Of a stretch of DNA of 64,000 nt, positions 51,190 through 63,366 are shown one piece after another. The DNA comes from Amoebidium appalachense. Lineage: Eukaryota > Protista > Ichthyosporea. Both the position numbers and the translations under genes were made by a program. Location of the stretch: positions 7,379,794 to 7,443,793 of the forward strand of contig CAVNZM010000010.1 of assembly GCA_963693365.1 (NCBI GenBank), written 5' to 3'. The notes under the pieces were generated by a model. The model worked only from the letters and a program-made list of their open reading frames with translations. It was not told where the DNA came from and ran no database searches. Numbering within the stretch: position 1 is the first letter of the stretch; each line of letters opens with the position of its first letter.

Positions 51190-54100
51190 CTCAGTCACGA
51201 AGACTGAGTGAATCACGTGGGAGGGCCCGGGCAGGGGCTTGGTGAAGATGTCAGCCACGTTGTCTTTGCTGGACACGTAGGTGACGACCACATCCCCACT
51301 CTTGATGTAGTCCTTCGTGTTGTGGTAACGGACTGCAATGTGTTTGGTCCGGTGCTTGATGCTGTTGGTGTGCAGGAGGGCAATGGTGGACTGGTTGTCA
51401 CAGTAGACGGGGGAGGGGTCGGTCATCGGGTAGCCGAGTTCACGGAGGAGATCACGGTGCCAGATGACGTTTTGAACAGCAGCATTGATGGCCAGAAGCT
51501 CAGCCTCGGTGGTGGATGTTGCCGTGATGGACTGCAGCTTCGAATACCATGTGATGGGTATGCCCTTGAAGAAGATGACGTATCCGGTGGTTGAACGACG
51601 GGTGTTGGGGCAGTTGGCAAAGTCAGCATCAGAATAACACTCCAGCAAGGGGGTGTTGTCGTCGGAAGCAGACTTGTCGTAGTGAAGGCCGAGGTTGGAA
51701 GTGCCGATGAGGTACCGAACTACACGGAGTAGACATTCCCATGCAAGTTTGGTGGGGTTGGCACTGAATCTACCGAGGTAGCCGATGGCAAAGGAGATGT
51801 CGGGCCGGGAACAACGAGCAACCCACAAAAGACGGCCGAGTAGTTCACGGTAGGGAACCTTGATGGGTGGTGAGTCGTTCTCGTTGATGGTGATGACGGT
51901 GCCGACGGGAATGGGAGTAGCCTTGGGGTGAGCATCGTTGAGGTTGAAGTCTCTGACGATGTCGTTGATGTAGGATTGCTGAAGCAGCTTGAGGTGACCG
52001 GGGGTGTGGATGAGCTGGGTGCCAAGGAAGATGTCGGGAAGGTCAACCTTGCAGAGAGCTGACTTCATGATGTGGTCTACTAGATCCTTGGTGTGGGAGG
52101 AGTTGGCCGTGCAGATGATGATGACGTCGTCCACATAGTTGCCAGTGAGGATGATGTCACCGTTGGGGAAGGTCTTGATGTAGACACATGGATCTGAACG
52201 GAGACGTTCGAGACCGTGAGCAAGGAGGACCTTGTCGAAGTACTCATACCAGGCCAGTGATGCTTGCTTGAGCCCGTAGAGTGCCTTCTTAAGTTTCCAG
52301 ACCTTGTGTTCGTTGCCGGGGGTGATGAAGCCAGGTGGTGGCTCAATGTAGATGTCTTCTTGAAGAGGACTGTTGAGGAAGGCAGTTGAGACGTCGAGTT
52401 GATGAATCTCATGGTTGCCGTCCACACCGATGGCAAGGAGGGCACGGACGGAGGAGGACATCACCACGGGGGAAGAGGTGTCACCGTAGTCAACACCGTA
52501 GACTTGAGTGAAGCCCTTTGCAACACCACGAGCTTTGATCTTGGTGTCACCGGCTGAGTTGAGGACTTTCTCAGTCACAATCCACTTGAACTTGATGATG
52601 TTGGCACCAGGGGGGGATCAACAATGGTGAAGACATCCTTGGTGATGAAGGCTTGGTACTCGGAGGTGAGGGCAGCTATGACGGCATCACCGTTGGGACC
52701 GTTGCAAAGCTTTTGAATGCCCTTGGGGAGCTGGTCAATGTTGATGGTCGGTGCTACGATGCTGACCAGTGCCGTTGGAGTCTTGGTGAGACGTGTAGAC
52801 CGACGAAGGTTGGGCTTGGGGGGGTCCTTGAGGGGGGTGGTGGCCGGGTAGGTGGTGGAGGCCGGGATAGGGGCATGGAAGCCAGGAATAGGACCGGTGG
52901 TGAGGGGGGCATCGGTGTCCACAGGGCTGCTCGTGGCCGAGTGGAAGGTGGGGGACCCAGGACGAACCGGAGTCATGTAGCCGGGTTGATGCACAGCAAC
53001 GGGGGGGGCCGGCAGCAAGGGTTGTTGGCCAGTGGGGGGGGGGCTCGGGGGAGGCACGGGTTCAACCGGGGCTGGTTGGTTGTGCCAGGACGGTTGGGAG
53101 ATGACCACAGACGGAGTTTCATCGTCGTCGTCGGAGGGGGGGTCCAATGTCGGCAGATCGGGTTTGGGGGGAACGGAGACCTGATTGGTGCTGCCCGTGA
53201 ATTTCGACTCGTCGAAGATCACATCACGGCAGATCTTGATTTGGTTGCTGGCATGGTCGAGGATCTTGTGTGCCTTGGAGGGTAGGTCCCAGCCGACGTA
53301 GGTGCCGACTCTGACGGTTGATGCCAGCTTGTTCCTCTTTGACCGGGGAACATGCACATAGGCAGGGGAGCCGAACACGTGGAGCTGGGAGACGTCGGGT
53401 TTGAAGCCGTGGAAGGCCTCGAAGGGAGTGTTGCCGTTGGCAGCAGATGACGGTGTGACGTTGATGATGTAGCTTGTATGCTTGAGAGCAGCAACCCACA
53501 ACTTGGGAGAGAGAGGTTGGTCCTTGTCGGCATGGAGGAAGCAACGGACTGTCTCTTGCAGTTCTCTCATCTTCCGTTCAACAACACCATTGTGTTGTGG
53601 TGTGTCGACGGGGGCAAACTCCATGATGATGCCTTTCTGCTTGCAGTAGGCCTCGGTGTCCTTGGAGGTGAACTCAGAGCCGGAGTCAAACCGAAGATGG
53701 GTGACGATCTCAGGTGTCTGACGTTCGATGGTTTCAACGAGAGACTGAATGTGGCTGAGGGTTTCACCACGGTTGTAAAGGGGGAACACGGTGGTGTAAC
53801 CGGTGGCATCACAAACACACACCAGAGCAACCTTGTAGGCTCCGTAGGAAGCACAGGGAGCTTCGAAGAAGTCCAGGTGCCACTTAGCACCGGGAATGGT
53901 GAACTTGGAACGGGTGCCGGGAAAGGGGGCCTTGGTGGTCTTGCCAGACATGCAGCCGAAGCAGTCACTGTTGTCGGGTGACTTGAGGGAGGGGGGCATG
54001 CCGATGACAAGCTCATCCTTGGCCATCCTGGTGACGGTGGAGAGGGCACGGTGGCCGAGACGGTTGTGCCAAAGGGTGAGGTCGTCGGGTGGTTGAGTCC

Positions 54101-55544
54101 TTGCTGTGTAGGCTTGGACCCCCGGGTGTTTAGGAGTCTCAATCACATAGTCAGTGATGTAGTAGAGACCGTCGAGGGGGGTGAGATCTGTAATAATGTC
54201 ACCATTACGGCTGTAGAGGAACGACGGGTGGTTGTCTGTATCGTCACAATGACCTAGGAGGCCGGCAGCTGATGCCATGGAGGTAGACACGAGGAAAGAC
54301 GGTGCCTCGGGTACGTAGTAAGCATTGATGCTGCACGGTGTTGGGTGGCCGTTGTAGTGCAGTGTCATGTTGATGATGCCACGTTGTTTGGCATTGACTG
54401 TGCCGAGGCCGTGAATGGGGGCGGGAGGACACGGGGTAAGGGAGGAGAAATACTCCTTGATGGGGCAGATGTGTGCATTACAAGCACTGTCCCAGACGGG
54501 GTCGTTACTGTCAGGTGTGCCGGTGGAGGAGATGAGTGCAAATTTCACACTCTTGTCACCTTTCTCCTGCTTGGCACGACGAGCAACTGTGCAGCCAGGC
54601 TCCGGGCATGCTGTGATGTGGTGGGGCTCATGGCAGTAGGAACACTTCACACTGTTGGTGTTGTGCTGTCGGTTACGGTTGTCCCTGTTACCACGGTGGT
54701 AAGGGGAAGTTGAACGGGGGCCGGGTGACTTGGAGGGAGGACGAGGATCACGGGAACGGGACGGGGAACGGTGAGGTGTATGCTCACGTCGAGGAATACG
54801 GTTACGGAGGTCACCGGGGGGAAGCACTCTGCTCTGGAGTGCACGGAGGGGACGGTTGTTGACGGTTGCACCTGTGCCTGCGTCGATGAGGCCGGCACGG
54901 ATTTCAGCTCCTCGGATGTCACTGATGAGCATGTTGAAGGACGGGTAGGCCTTGTTGTTCATCCAGTAGTCGGAGCAGAGACGTTCAATGTCGGGGCAGA
55001 CCAGGGCTGTGTTCTTCCGGATGTGGAGGAAGAACTTACGTACGACATCCTTGTGCTGGACGGGTTCGTCGAGGCAGGCAAGTGTCGTAGCCAGACGTTG
55101 GAGACGGGTGAGGTATGCTGTGACGTTGGGGTAGTCTCGTAGTTCAAGCTCCTCGAAGGTGACTTGAATCTGGGTGACTCGGGCCTCCTTCTCTGCTACA
55201 TACGCCATACGTAGGTTGTGGAAGACTTCACCACCGTGGACACCGTCTTGCATCCGGCCGGAGTCGTAGAGCTCGGTCGGGTGGACGGACTGGTTGAGGA
55301 TCTGGTCGAGGACGTCGGAAGCTTTCTTGTAGGAGTCCTTGGTGGTGTAGCCTAGCCACTGGTTGGCTTCAGCGCCGTCAACCCACTGTGGCCTCTTGAT
55401 AGCGTCAACGAATTTCTCGGCAATGGTGGTTCTAATGAACCGGTGAATGAGTGGCTCCCACTCGAAATAATTAAGACGTTTCTCGTCTCGTTTCTCGGAC
55501 GGATTCCATATTGGAAGGTTGATATACGACGGTTCGTCAGTCAT
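51190..55544 (-). CDS. Copia-1 gag-pol polyprotein (one frameshift at a G run near 52610)
   Basis: CSYCHEPHHITAC knuckle, WDSACNAHI protease, WHNRLGH, RFDSGSEF/HNGVVER integrase, LDVSTAFLN, LKKALYGLKQA, YVDD, YSDADFA, DNQS, ADIFTK. Confidence 0.95.
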
Positions 55545-55805
55545 GATTGAAGCAGTAAGACTGAGAGATTTTCGCGGTTGTAGCGAGATTGTGTGTTAGC
55601 GTGCAAAGGGGCCGTAAACCTGTTATTTTGTGTGGGTAAACGGAGAAGCAGAGAGCACAGATGGGTGTTATGTAAAACACAACACAAAGACACACGGGAA
55701 AAACACAACCGGAGAGGAGGAACGATTTCTGGAACCATAGGAAGTGAATACGACTGCTTGGGGGTCCCCCGTCGTTCCTCCCGTCTCTCATCTCGGCCTG
55801 CCATG

Positions 55806-58800
55806 TGTAAACAACTGTACACATGAACTGTACATGTTTACTAAAGAATGTGATCTACTAGCACACGATTCGTGCTTTGTCATGAATATCACATAAATAT
55901 TATGTCCGCACCAATAGGACTCACTCTGACCTAAGAATTGAACCATATATGGTTCTTCCGCTGCATACCACATAAACGAAGTGAACCAATAAGAGGTTTG
56001 CATAAATAGGACGAAGGTCTGACTGGCTCGGACCGCACCAGAATCACGAATGGCATGTTGCCACCCGCGCTGGCCGCGGATGAACCAATCCTGGGCCTTG
56101 ATCCGAAACCTGGGGGCTATATAAGAAAGCCGTCCCAGTACGGGGATCACATCAGTGAAGTCTGAGACAGACTGAGTCGGCCCATAGTAAAAGCAACCTG
56201 GCCGCGTGTGCCTTTCTACCCGTTCTCTGTCTTTATTTTGATTCAGTTGTACTCTGCCTTATCCTAACTAGTCCAACTGTTTACATTGGCGACCGCGGCA
56301 GGACACTGTTATACATTGCCAACTGTTTACATTGGCGACCGCGCAGTTCAAGAATCTCGCATCCTTCGAATCTCACATCTTTCAATCAGTTCAAGAATCT
56401 CACATCTTTCAATCAGCTCAAGAATCTCCCATGGCCGATCACAATCCTTTTTACCCCGATGATAGGCACATCTTTCCTTGTCCGGCTTAGAATATATACA
56501 CCTACAAGTTTGAAGTGGCCAGCCCACCTACACGGAAAGAATTGAAAGCATGTAAAACTTCTTTTGCTACGACACATCAAAAATGTGAAGAAAAACGAAT
56601 ACACAACGAAACAACGAATACACGAACAAACGAATAAAGAATTGCTAACGAAGCAATGAACCAACGAAAAACGAACCATCACGAATACGCAATGAAATAA
56701 AGAATTAACGACAAACGATTGCATAGAGGAAATACGAAATGAATGCAACACGAAAACAAAACGAAGTAACGAAGTTATCAAACGACAAAAAACGAAAAAC
56801 GAAAGCAAAATGAACTGGAAATACGAAAATGAAAGGACGAATGCACAACACTGCTTGGGTTGCAATGCACACAGCCCCCTCTATGTTAGGAAGAAAATAA
56901 AACCGTTGCCCTTGCGTGCATTGCCCTATTGCACACTGCCATCGTGTCCATGCCACCGCATGCACGTCCACACTCGCAAGCCAGATGCACGGCCACTTTC
57001 AGCACAAATGCACTTAACGAAGAAGATAGTCGCTGTTGCTATAGCATGTAGGACCTAAGATCTTATGAAAGTAGTGTTGCATGCATGCTTCGAATCCCTT
57101 GCTGTTCTCGAATACAGCATGCCCCATAGTTTAGCGCCCAGGATGCACAACATGCGCATGAATGTATGCTGGCATGCCTAAACACATTACGAACATATGC
57201 CTGACTCATGTATGGCGGCCCTTCCTGGTGCCACGCCCTAACGAATTTGCACTCTTGGTGCACAAAAGGCATGTAATAAAGTCGATGCAGAACTTTTGTT
57301 CATGCATGTGAAAAACAAAGAAGGTGTTGGGTACGAATTTTAAGGTGAATGCCCGTCTGTGGCAATACGGTGTAACATACCAATTACACTGTCAAGCCTT
57401 GCACTAGCTGCCGGCACACCCCCACCAGAACAAAAGAATGTGGTATGGGCACCGCTCCCTCACAACCCCATCATACAGTGTCAGTATTTTGGCTGGAAGC
57501 CTTTCAGTTTCGAATTACGAATACCCTCCTTCACTACTGAAGAAAGTGACGTGGAAGACAAATACGAATACGAATGCAAGGTGTTGTTGACTAACACATC
57601 GGACCATCATGTGTACCTACTAGGCCCTGGTACGGAGGTGACCATGTTATTCCCTTGCAATATGATGACACTGTAACAATTTAGCACGTGCATACCCCAC
57701 CAATGGGCACATGCGGGAGACAACCCCACAAGCTGCCTTATTGGGCACCTCTGCTAAAACGAATATTCTTCTCACGAAGGAACAGAACAATGCCACGAAC
57801 ACGAACCACACACTCACCAGGCAGCTACTTACATCTAATGTATGTAAGAAGTAGGGTGTGTGAACGGGGTAACTTCATGAACACCAACACGAAAGAAAGC
57901 ACAGCACAAAGCAGTTCCACGAATACGAATGGTTTTGGTATTCCACACAACGAACAGAACCTACAGTAGGGCCACCTACAAATGAAGCAGAGGATGGGGC
58001 ACCATCCAGACCTGCACTGGAGGATATGAAAACACGAAGCGCGCTCACGAAGTTGCTTACAAAAGAAAGAGCGACTGTGACGACTTTTCTTTTTAGGCCA
58101 AGCCTCCAGAAGAATGTATTATGCCTGGAATCCCCCTGCTCAACGAAAATGGCTGGCAAATGGGATACGAAAACTGCTCACGAATGGAAGCATGTGTTTT
58201 CTGAAGAAGGCTTGCTTTGCCTACCCTCTTCTTATGAATTATGAACCGGGTTTTTACTGGTTCTGACGGGCTGATATATTTCTTTATGTCGCCCAACGAA
58301 GAACATTTAGGGCATTCTTATTCATGCTATTCCCGGCTCCGATGATGCAGGGTTAAAGCTGAAAGGAAAGAAGTGCTCTTTGTTCATGAAAGAAGTGGCT
58401 TTTCCGGCCATGGTGACTCGCCTTACAGTCTTAAGGTAGAACCGGGATAAGGAGCAGTGGCTAAGCCTTGAAGCTATCCACCACTACCTGAGCTACGAAG
58501 TGACCTAAGGCTTGAGTTATATTCATTATCGAATGTTTGGTATGATCATTCATCCACACAACCAAATTACTCGCAATTGAAAACGAATCTGCGGGAGTTT
58601 CCTAAAAAGGAAAAACACCTAAAAAAGGAAAATATTACTTCTACAGAAAAAGCCAAGCACAGAGACGAAGCGAACAATTCGCAGGCACACTCTGCAACAA
58701 TCTTCGCCACGAAAATGAAAACACAGAAGAATGCTGCATGAATTTGTGTTTTGGCAAATGAAGAAGTGCTCATAGACGTGCACAACTCTATTCCACCGTC

Positions 58801-59402
58801 CTTGCTCTGTTCTGTCCAGCAGCTCGGCACACACAAGAATTCTCGCTGAAGGTTGTTTATCGCCTCTCAGCCTGGTGGTTTGCTTGTCTAACGACACCAC
58901 CAGGCTCCCGACAAGGGGGGAGTGTAAACAACTGTACACATGAACTGTACATGTTTACTAAAGAATGTGATCTACTAGCACACGATTCGTGCTTTGTCAT
59001 GAATATCACATAAATATTATGTCCGCACCAATAGGACTCACTCTGACCTAAGAATTGAACCATATATGGTTCTTCCGCTGCATACCACATAAACGAAGTG
59101 AACCAATAAGAGGTTTGCATAAATAGGACGAAGGTCTGACTGGCTCGGACCGCACCAGAATCACGAATGGCATGTTGCCACCCGCGCTGGCCGCGGATGA
59201 ACCAATCCTGGGCCTTGATCCGAAACCTGGGGGCTATATAAGAAAGCCGTCCCAGTACGGGGATCACATCAGTGAAGTCTGAGACAGACTGAGTCGGCCC
59301 ATAGTAAAAGCAACCTGGCCGCGTGTGCCTTTCTACCCGTTCTCTGTCTTTATTTTGATTCAGTTGTACTCTGCCTTATCCTAACTAGTCCAACTGTTTA
59401 CA
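55806..59402 (+). mobile_element. Non-autonomous Gypsy-derived LTR element (LARD-like)
   Basis: 480-bp LTRs 55806-56285 and 58923-59402 (apparently identical), TSD CCATG, PBS TGGCGACCGCGGCAGGAC (tRNA-Arg 3' end), [13 protein letters not shown]. Interior has no long ORF, only an RT remnant (GLKLKGKKCSLFMKEVAF) near 58350. Confidence 0.92.
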
Positions 59403-59404
59403 CC

Positions 59405-61000
59405 ATGGCTATGGTGAGCATCTCCCGACCCAGCCTTGATGTGTCTCAGCTGCCCCGGTCAATTCAGAAGCTGTGCTCCGGCACCAAGGGTGATGAAGTG
59501 GTGACTGCCCTCACTGCCGAGTACAAGGCTTTCATCGACAAGGACATCTTCGACGTAGTTGAGCCCCCCTCCGATGCCAACATCATCCGATTCAAGTGGA
59601 TTGTCACGGAGAAGGTCCTCAACTCTGCTGGTGACACCAAGATCAAGGGTCGTGGTGTGGCCAAGGGTTTCACCCAAGTCTACGGTGTTGACTACGGTGA
59701 AAACTCTTCCCCCGTCGTCATGTCCTCCTCCGTCCGTGCCCTGCTTGCCCTCGGTGTGCAACAGGACCACGAGATCCATCAACTCGACATCAGCACGGCC
59801 TTCCTCAACAGCCCCCTCGACGAGACTTTGTACATGGAGCAACCTCCTGGCTTTATCCTCCCTGGCAATGAACACAAAGTCTGGAAACTCAAGAAGGCCA
59901 TCTACGGACTCAAGCAGGCATCCCTGGCATGGTACGAGTTCTTCAACTCCATTCTCATTGCCCACGGCCTCACCCGTCTCCGTTCCGATCCGTGTGTCTA
60001 CTTCCGTCAGTTCCCCAACGGGCACATCATCCGTTCGGGCAACTACGTTGATGATGCCATCATCACCTGCACACGGAACTCCACCAATATGCAGGGGCTT
60101 GTTCGTCACATCACGAAGTCTGCCGAGTGCAAGGTCGGTCTGCCAGACATCTTCCTCGGCACCCAACTGCTGTACACCCGTGACTCCCTCAAGCTGCTGC
60201 AGTCCTCCTACATCAAGGACATCATCACCGACTTCAACCTGGTCGATGCCAAGCCTAAGGCAACCCCTATTCCCGTGGGCACCATCATCAACGAGACCTC
60301 CCTCTCATCCCTGACCACCACCGTCCCCTACCGTGAACTCCTCGGCCGTCTGCTGTGGGTTGCTCGGTGCTCCCGGCCTGACATCTCGTATGCCATTGGC
60401 TACCTCGGCCGATTCAGCTCCAAGCCCACCAAGACTGCCTGGGAGCTTCTCCTCCGTGTCGTTCGTTACCTGCTCGGCACCATCAACCTCGGCCTCTACT
60501 ACAAGAAGAAGGCCCCCAACAGCAAGGTGCCCATCCTTGAGTGCTACTCGGATTCTGACTTTGCTGGTTGCCCCACCACCCGTCGTTCCACGTCTGGGTA
60601 CGTCATCCTCCTCGAAGGCTCCCCCGTCACCTACCACTCCAAGCTGCAGACGATCACTGCAACTTCCACCTGTGAGGCCGAGCTCCTGGCCCTCAATGCT
60701 GCCGTGCAAGATGTTGTCTGGCACCGTGATCTACTAAAGGAGCTGGGCTACCCCATGACCGAGCCCACCCCAGTGTACTGTGACAATCAGTCCACCATTG
60801 CTCTGGTCCACTCCAACACCATCAAGCACCGGACCAAGCACATTGCCGTTCGTTACTTCAACACCAAGGACTACATCAACAGTGGGGACGTCACTGTCAC
60901 CTACATCGACACCAAGAAGAACCTGGCCGACACCTTCACCAAGCCTCTGGCTGGTCCGGCCCACGACACACACCGTGCCAACCTCAGTCTCCGTGACTGA
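59405..61000 (+). CDS. Copia-2 RT-RNaseH portion of pol
   Basis: Open 531-aa frame; LDISTAFLN, YGLKQA, YVDD, YSDSDFAG, DNQS, ADTFTK. Confidence 0.93.
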   Translation: MAMVSISRPSLDVSQLPRSIQKLCSGTKGDEVVTALTAEYKAFIDKDIFDVVEPPSDANIIRFKWIVTEKVLNSAGDTKIKGRGVAKGFTQVYGVDYGENSSPVVMSSSVRALLALGVQQDHEIHQLDISTAFLNSPLDETLYMEQPPGFILPGNEHKVWKLKKAIYGLKQASLAWYEFFNSILIAHGLTRLRSDPCVYFRQFPNGHIIRSGNYVDDAIITCTRNSTNMQGLVRHITKSAECKVGLPDIFLGTQLLYTRDSLKLLQSSYIKDIITDFNLVDAKPKATPIPVGTIINETSLSSLTTTVPYRELLGRLLWVARCSRPDISYAIGYLGRFSSKPTKTAWELLLRVVRYLLGTINLGLYYKKKAPNSKVPILECYSDSDFAGCPTTRRSTSGYVILLEGSPVTYHSKLQTITATSTCEAELLALNAAVQDVVWHRDLLKELGYPMTEPTPVYCDNQSTIALVHSNTIKHRTKHIAVRYFNTKDYINSGDVTVTYIDTKKNLADTFTKPLAGPAHDTHRANLSLRD

Positions 61001-61814
61001 CCCGTGCACTGGTGTTCATCATCGAGTGGTTTCTGAGTAGGTTGGGGCCCAGGACAGCAGTTGACACACCTACGGTGATCAAGATGCCTCCCAACGAAAG
61101 TCTACTACTCCTCATCGTTTCTCTTCATCAGTGGGGACTCAGTCTTACATCGTCATATGTGTGCATCTTCAGTGGGGATTATTCTCCACCATCCGTCGTT
61201 TATTTATATTCATATCCCACCATATATATTGGTTTTCTTCTATATTCGACTTTATATATATGTCGAACTGGGATGGCGTCCCAGTATAAATAATTATCTA
61301 TAGCCATGACGTGCTGGTTGACTGCCAGTCTAAACCTAGTCCACGGGATGCACCTTCCCCGTGTCTTAACTGGTTGACCACCAGTCTATAAATCAGTCCA
61401 CAAGATGTTCATGCCTTGTGTTTACCTGGGTGGTCCCCAGTATAAACCATTAGCCACCAACACGTCACACATACACTAGTGTTTCCTCTCTATATATATC
61501 TATCGACGATAACCACCATGATTTATTGTTCCGAGTCTTCAGAGGCAACCGTCGTTGTGTGCCTCTTCAGTTTTGATTCTCTCCTTCCCACCTCAAGGAT
61601 CTTCGGTTTGCATCCTCGAGTGGGGAAACTTGAGTGTGACGGCCCCCCTCCTGTGTTTGGACCTCATCTACCGTCACATCAACAGACACGAGAACACAAA
61701 CTTCAACCCCTTGAGTGGGGATGTTGGAATACGTCACCATGTATGACAGCAAGAGCCTTGAAGTATGTATGTGTCTTAGCTTGTTTGTATTCGTGTCTGC
61801 TTTCCTTCTTTGTG

Positions 61815-61875
<61 letters not shown>

Positions 61876-63366
61876 CCCCCCCCCCCCCCGTATCTCTCTC
61901 TCCCTCGTTTCTGTGGGCACAGATATCTGTAGATCTGTGCACACCTGGCTCTCTTGCCTGATAAGAACTTATTGTGTTTTTATTTCTGTTTGCTCTCCTC
62001 TGTTTATCTGAGAGGTAGCGTGATTGGCTAGCCTCACTCGTTGTCTTTCCTTTATTTCAAAATGGCTTAGTTTTGTTCTCAAAAGGATGGCTCGCCAATA
62101 GTCGCGAGCGAGTACATCTGTAGATCGTGTTGTGCATTCCTGTCTGTTAATATATGTGTGTTGTGATTGGACAATAGATATATATGGAATTCGGTTTATT
62201 GCAAAGTGTCTTCACTTTGAGAGTGTCGACTTTTAGGAAATATATGTATTTAAATAAGTTTCTTTATAGAGACGAACATAAATATATATGTGAGTTAATA
62301 GTAGTGACTAGATGTATAATTACTTAATTTATTTAAGTAAGAGTTTCTACACTTTAGTTTAATCGGAAGTTGGAATGCGTATGCTCTGTCGGAATGTGTT
62401 TTTCTATCTTCTGATAGAACCGATTGGTTCTCCCTCTTTAGTTGTGATAAGGTGATAAGTCGCAAGTACAAAAGGAACCGAGAGCACAATAAAGAATCAG
62501 TTGTTGTTTGAAATCTTTCAATGTCTCGTGAACAACTCCGATTGCCCTCTCATTAATGTGTTAGTCGTGTTTTACATGACACCTCTACTACAATAAGGGT
62601 CTCATTTCCGTGCTTTGTCTCCCGGGACAGAGGGGTCGCGGCTCGTGTATTTGTCCTTATACGGATTTTGATTGGCTGCCCGGTGGCTTACGGGCCATGC
62701 CTGCCGGTACAGGGCCGGCTGGGCCGGGCCAGGGGCACATATGTGCACTGGAGCTGTTAGCTGGCGGTGCGGGCCGGACCGGCCCACTGTGCACGTGTGG
62801 GTGTACCTGCACGTGTTGTGCAATATTAATTTTAACAAGAATAATTGAAGGGATGAAAAAAAAACATGGAGAACATGCATGTGTACACGTATTAATGATA
62901 CCAACTAGTCTGTATACATGTACATATACATGTACGTGCCTGGCGCACGTGCTGGAAACTTCTTTGAATAGCCTAGGAAAAGCCGTCCCAAAGCCCTAAG
63001 CCGCCGTGGGAATAGAAAAGAAAATAAAGAAAACAGCAGAATGCCGCGGAAAGCCACGGCGAAACCGCAAAGGCTTTCCAGAAACCGTGTACGAAGCCAG
63101 TGTATACGTAAACAAAGCCACTTCGCGAATTCGAAGTGCTGATTCAAAAAAATTTGGACCCGCGCGTTCCGATTGGTGGACCTAAATTTAAGCTGTACCC
63201 TATTGGTCAAAAACGCACCGCGAAGAATGTTTCCATCGGTGTCGCGAGTGTACATGTGGCAGCGAACCGGCCATGACCGTCTTTTCCAGATGGTCATGGA
63301 CCCGGCGAAAGAAAACTATATAAGCAGCCTCACCGGTCACTTCTTTCACCACCTGCAAGCATCCAA

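Larger units (their letters stand above)
49287..55760 (-). mobile_element. Copia-1 LTR retrotransposon (3' LTR 49287-49994; 5' LTR reduced to 55621-55760)
   Basis: PPT TTGAGTGGGGA followed by TG at 49994. 140-bp identity between 49287-49426 and 55621-55760. PBS-like GGTTTACGGCCC follows the 5' LTR. Confidence 0.93.
48975..62586 (+). mobile_element. Copia-2 LTR retrotransposon, 5'-truncated, host of nested insertions
   Basis: pol pieces 48975-49286, 55761-55805 and 59403-61000 align collinearly with Copia-1 pol. PPT TTGAGTGGGGA at ~61711-61721; 3' LTR 61722-62586 (truncated). Confidence 0.9.

Noticed and set aside
50962-51190. C-terminal extension of the Copia-1 RNaseH ORF
   Set aside because: Read-through caused by a small deletion; Copia-2 stops at the homologous CGTGACTGA.
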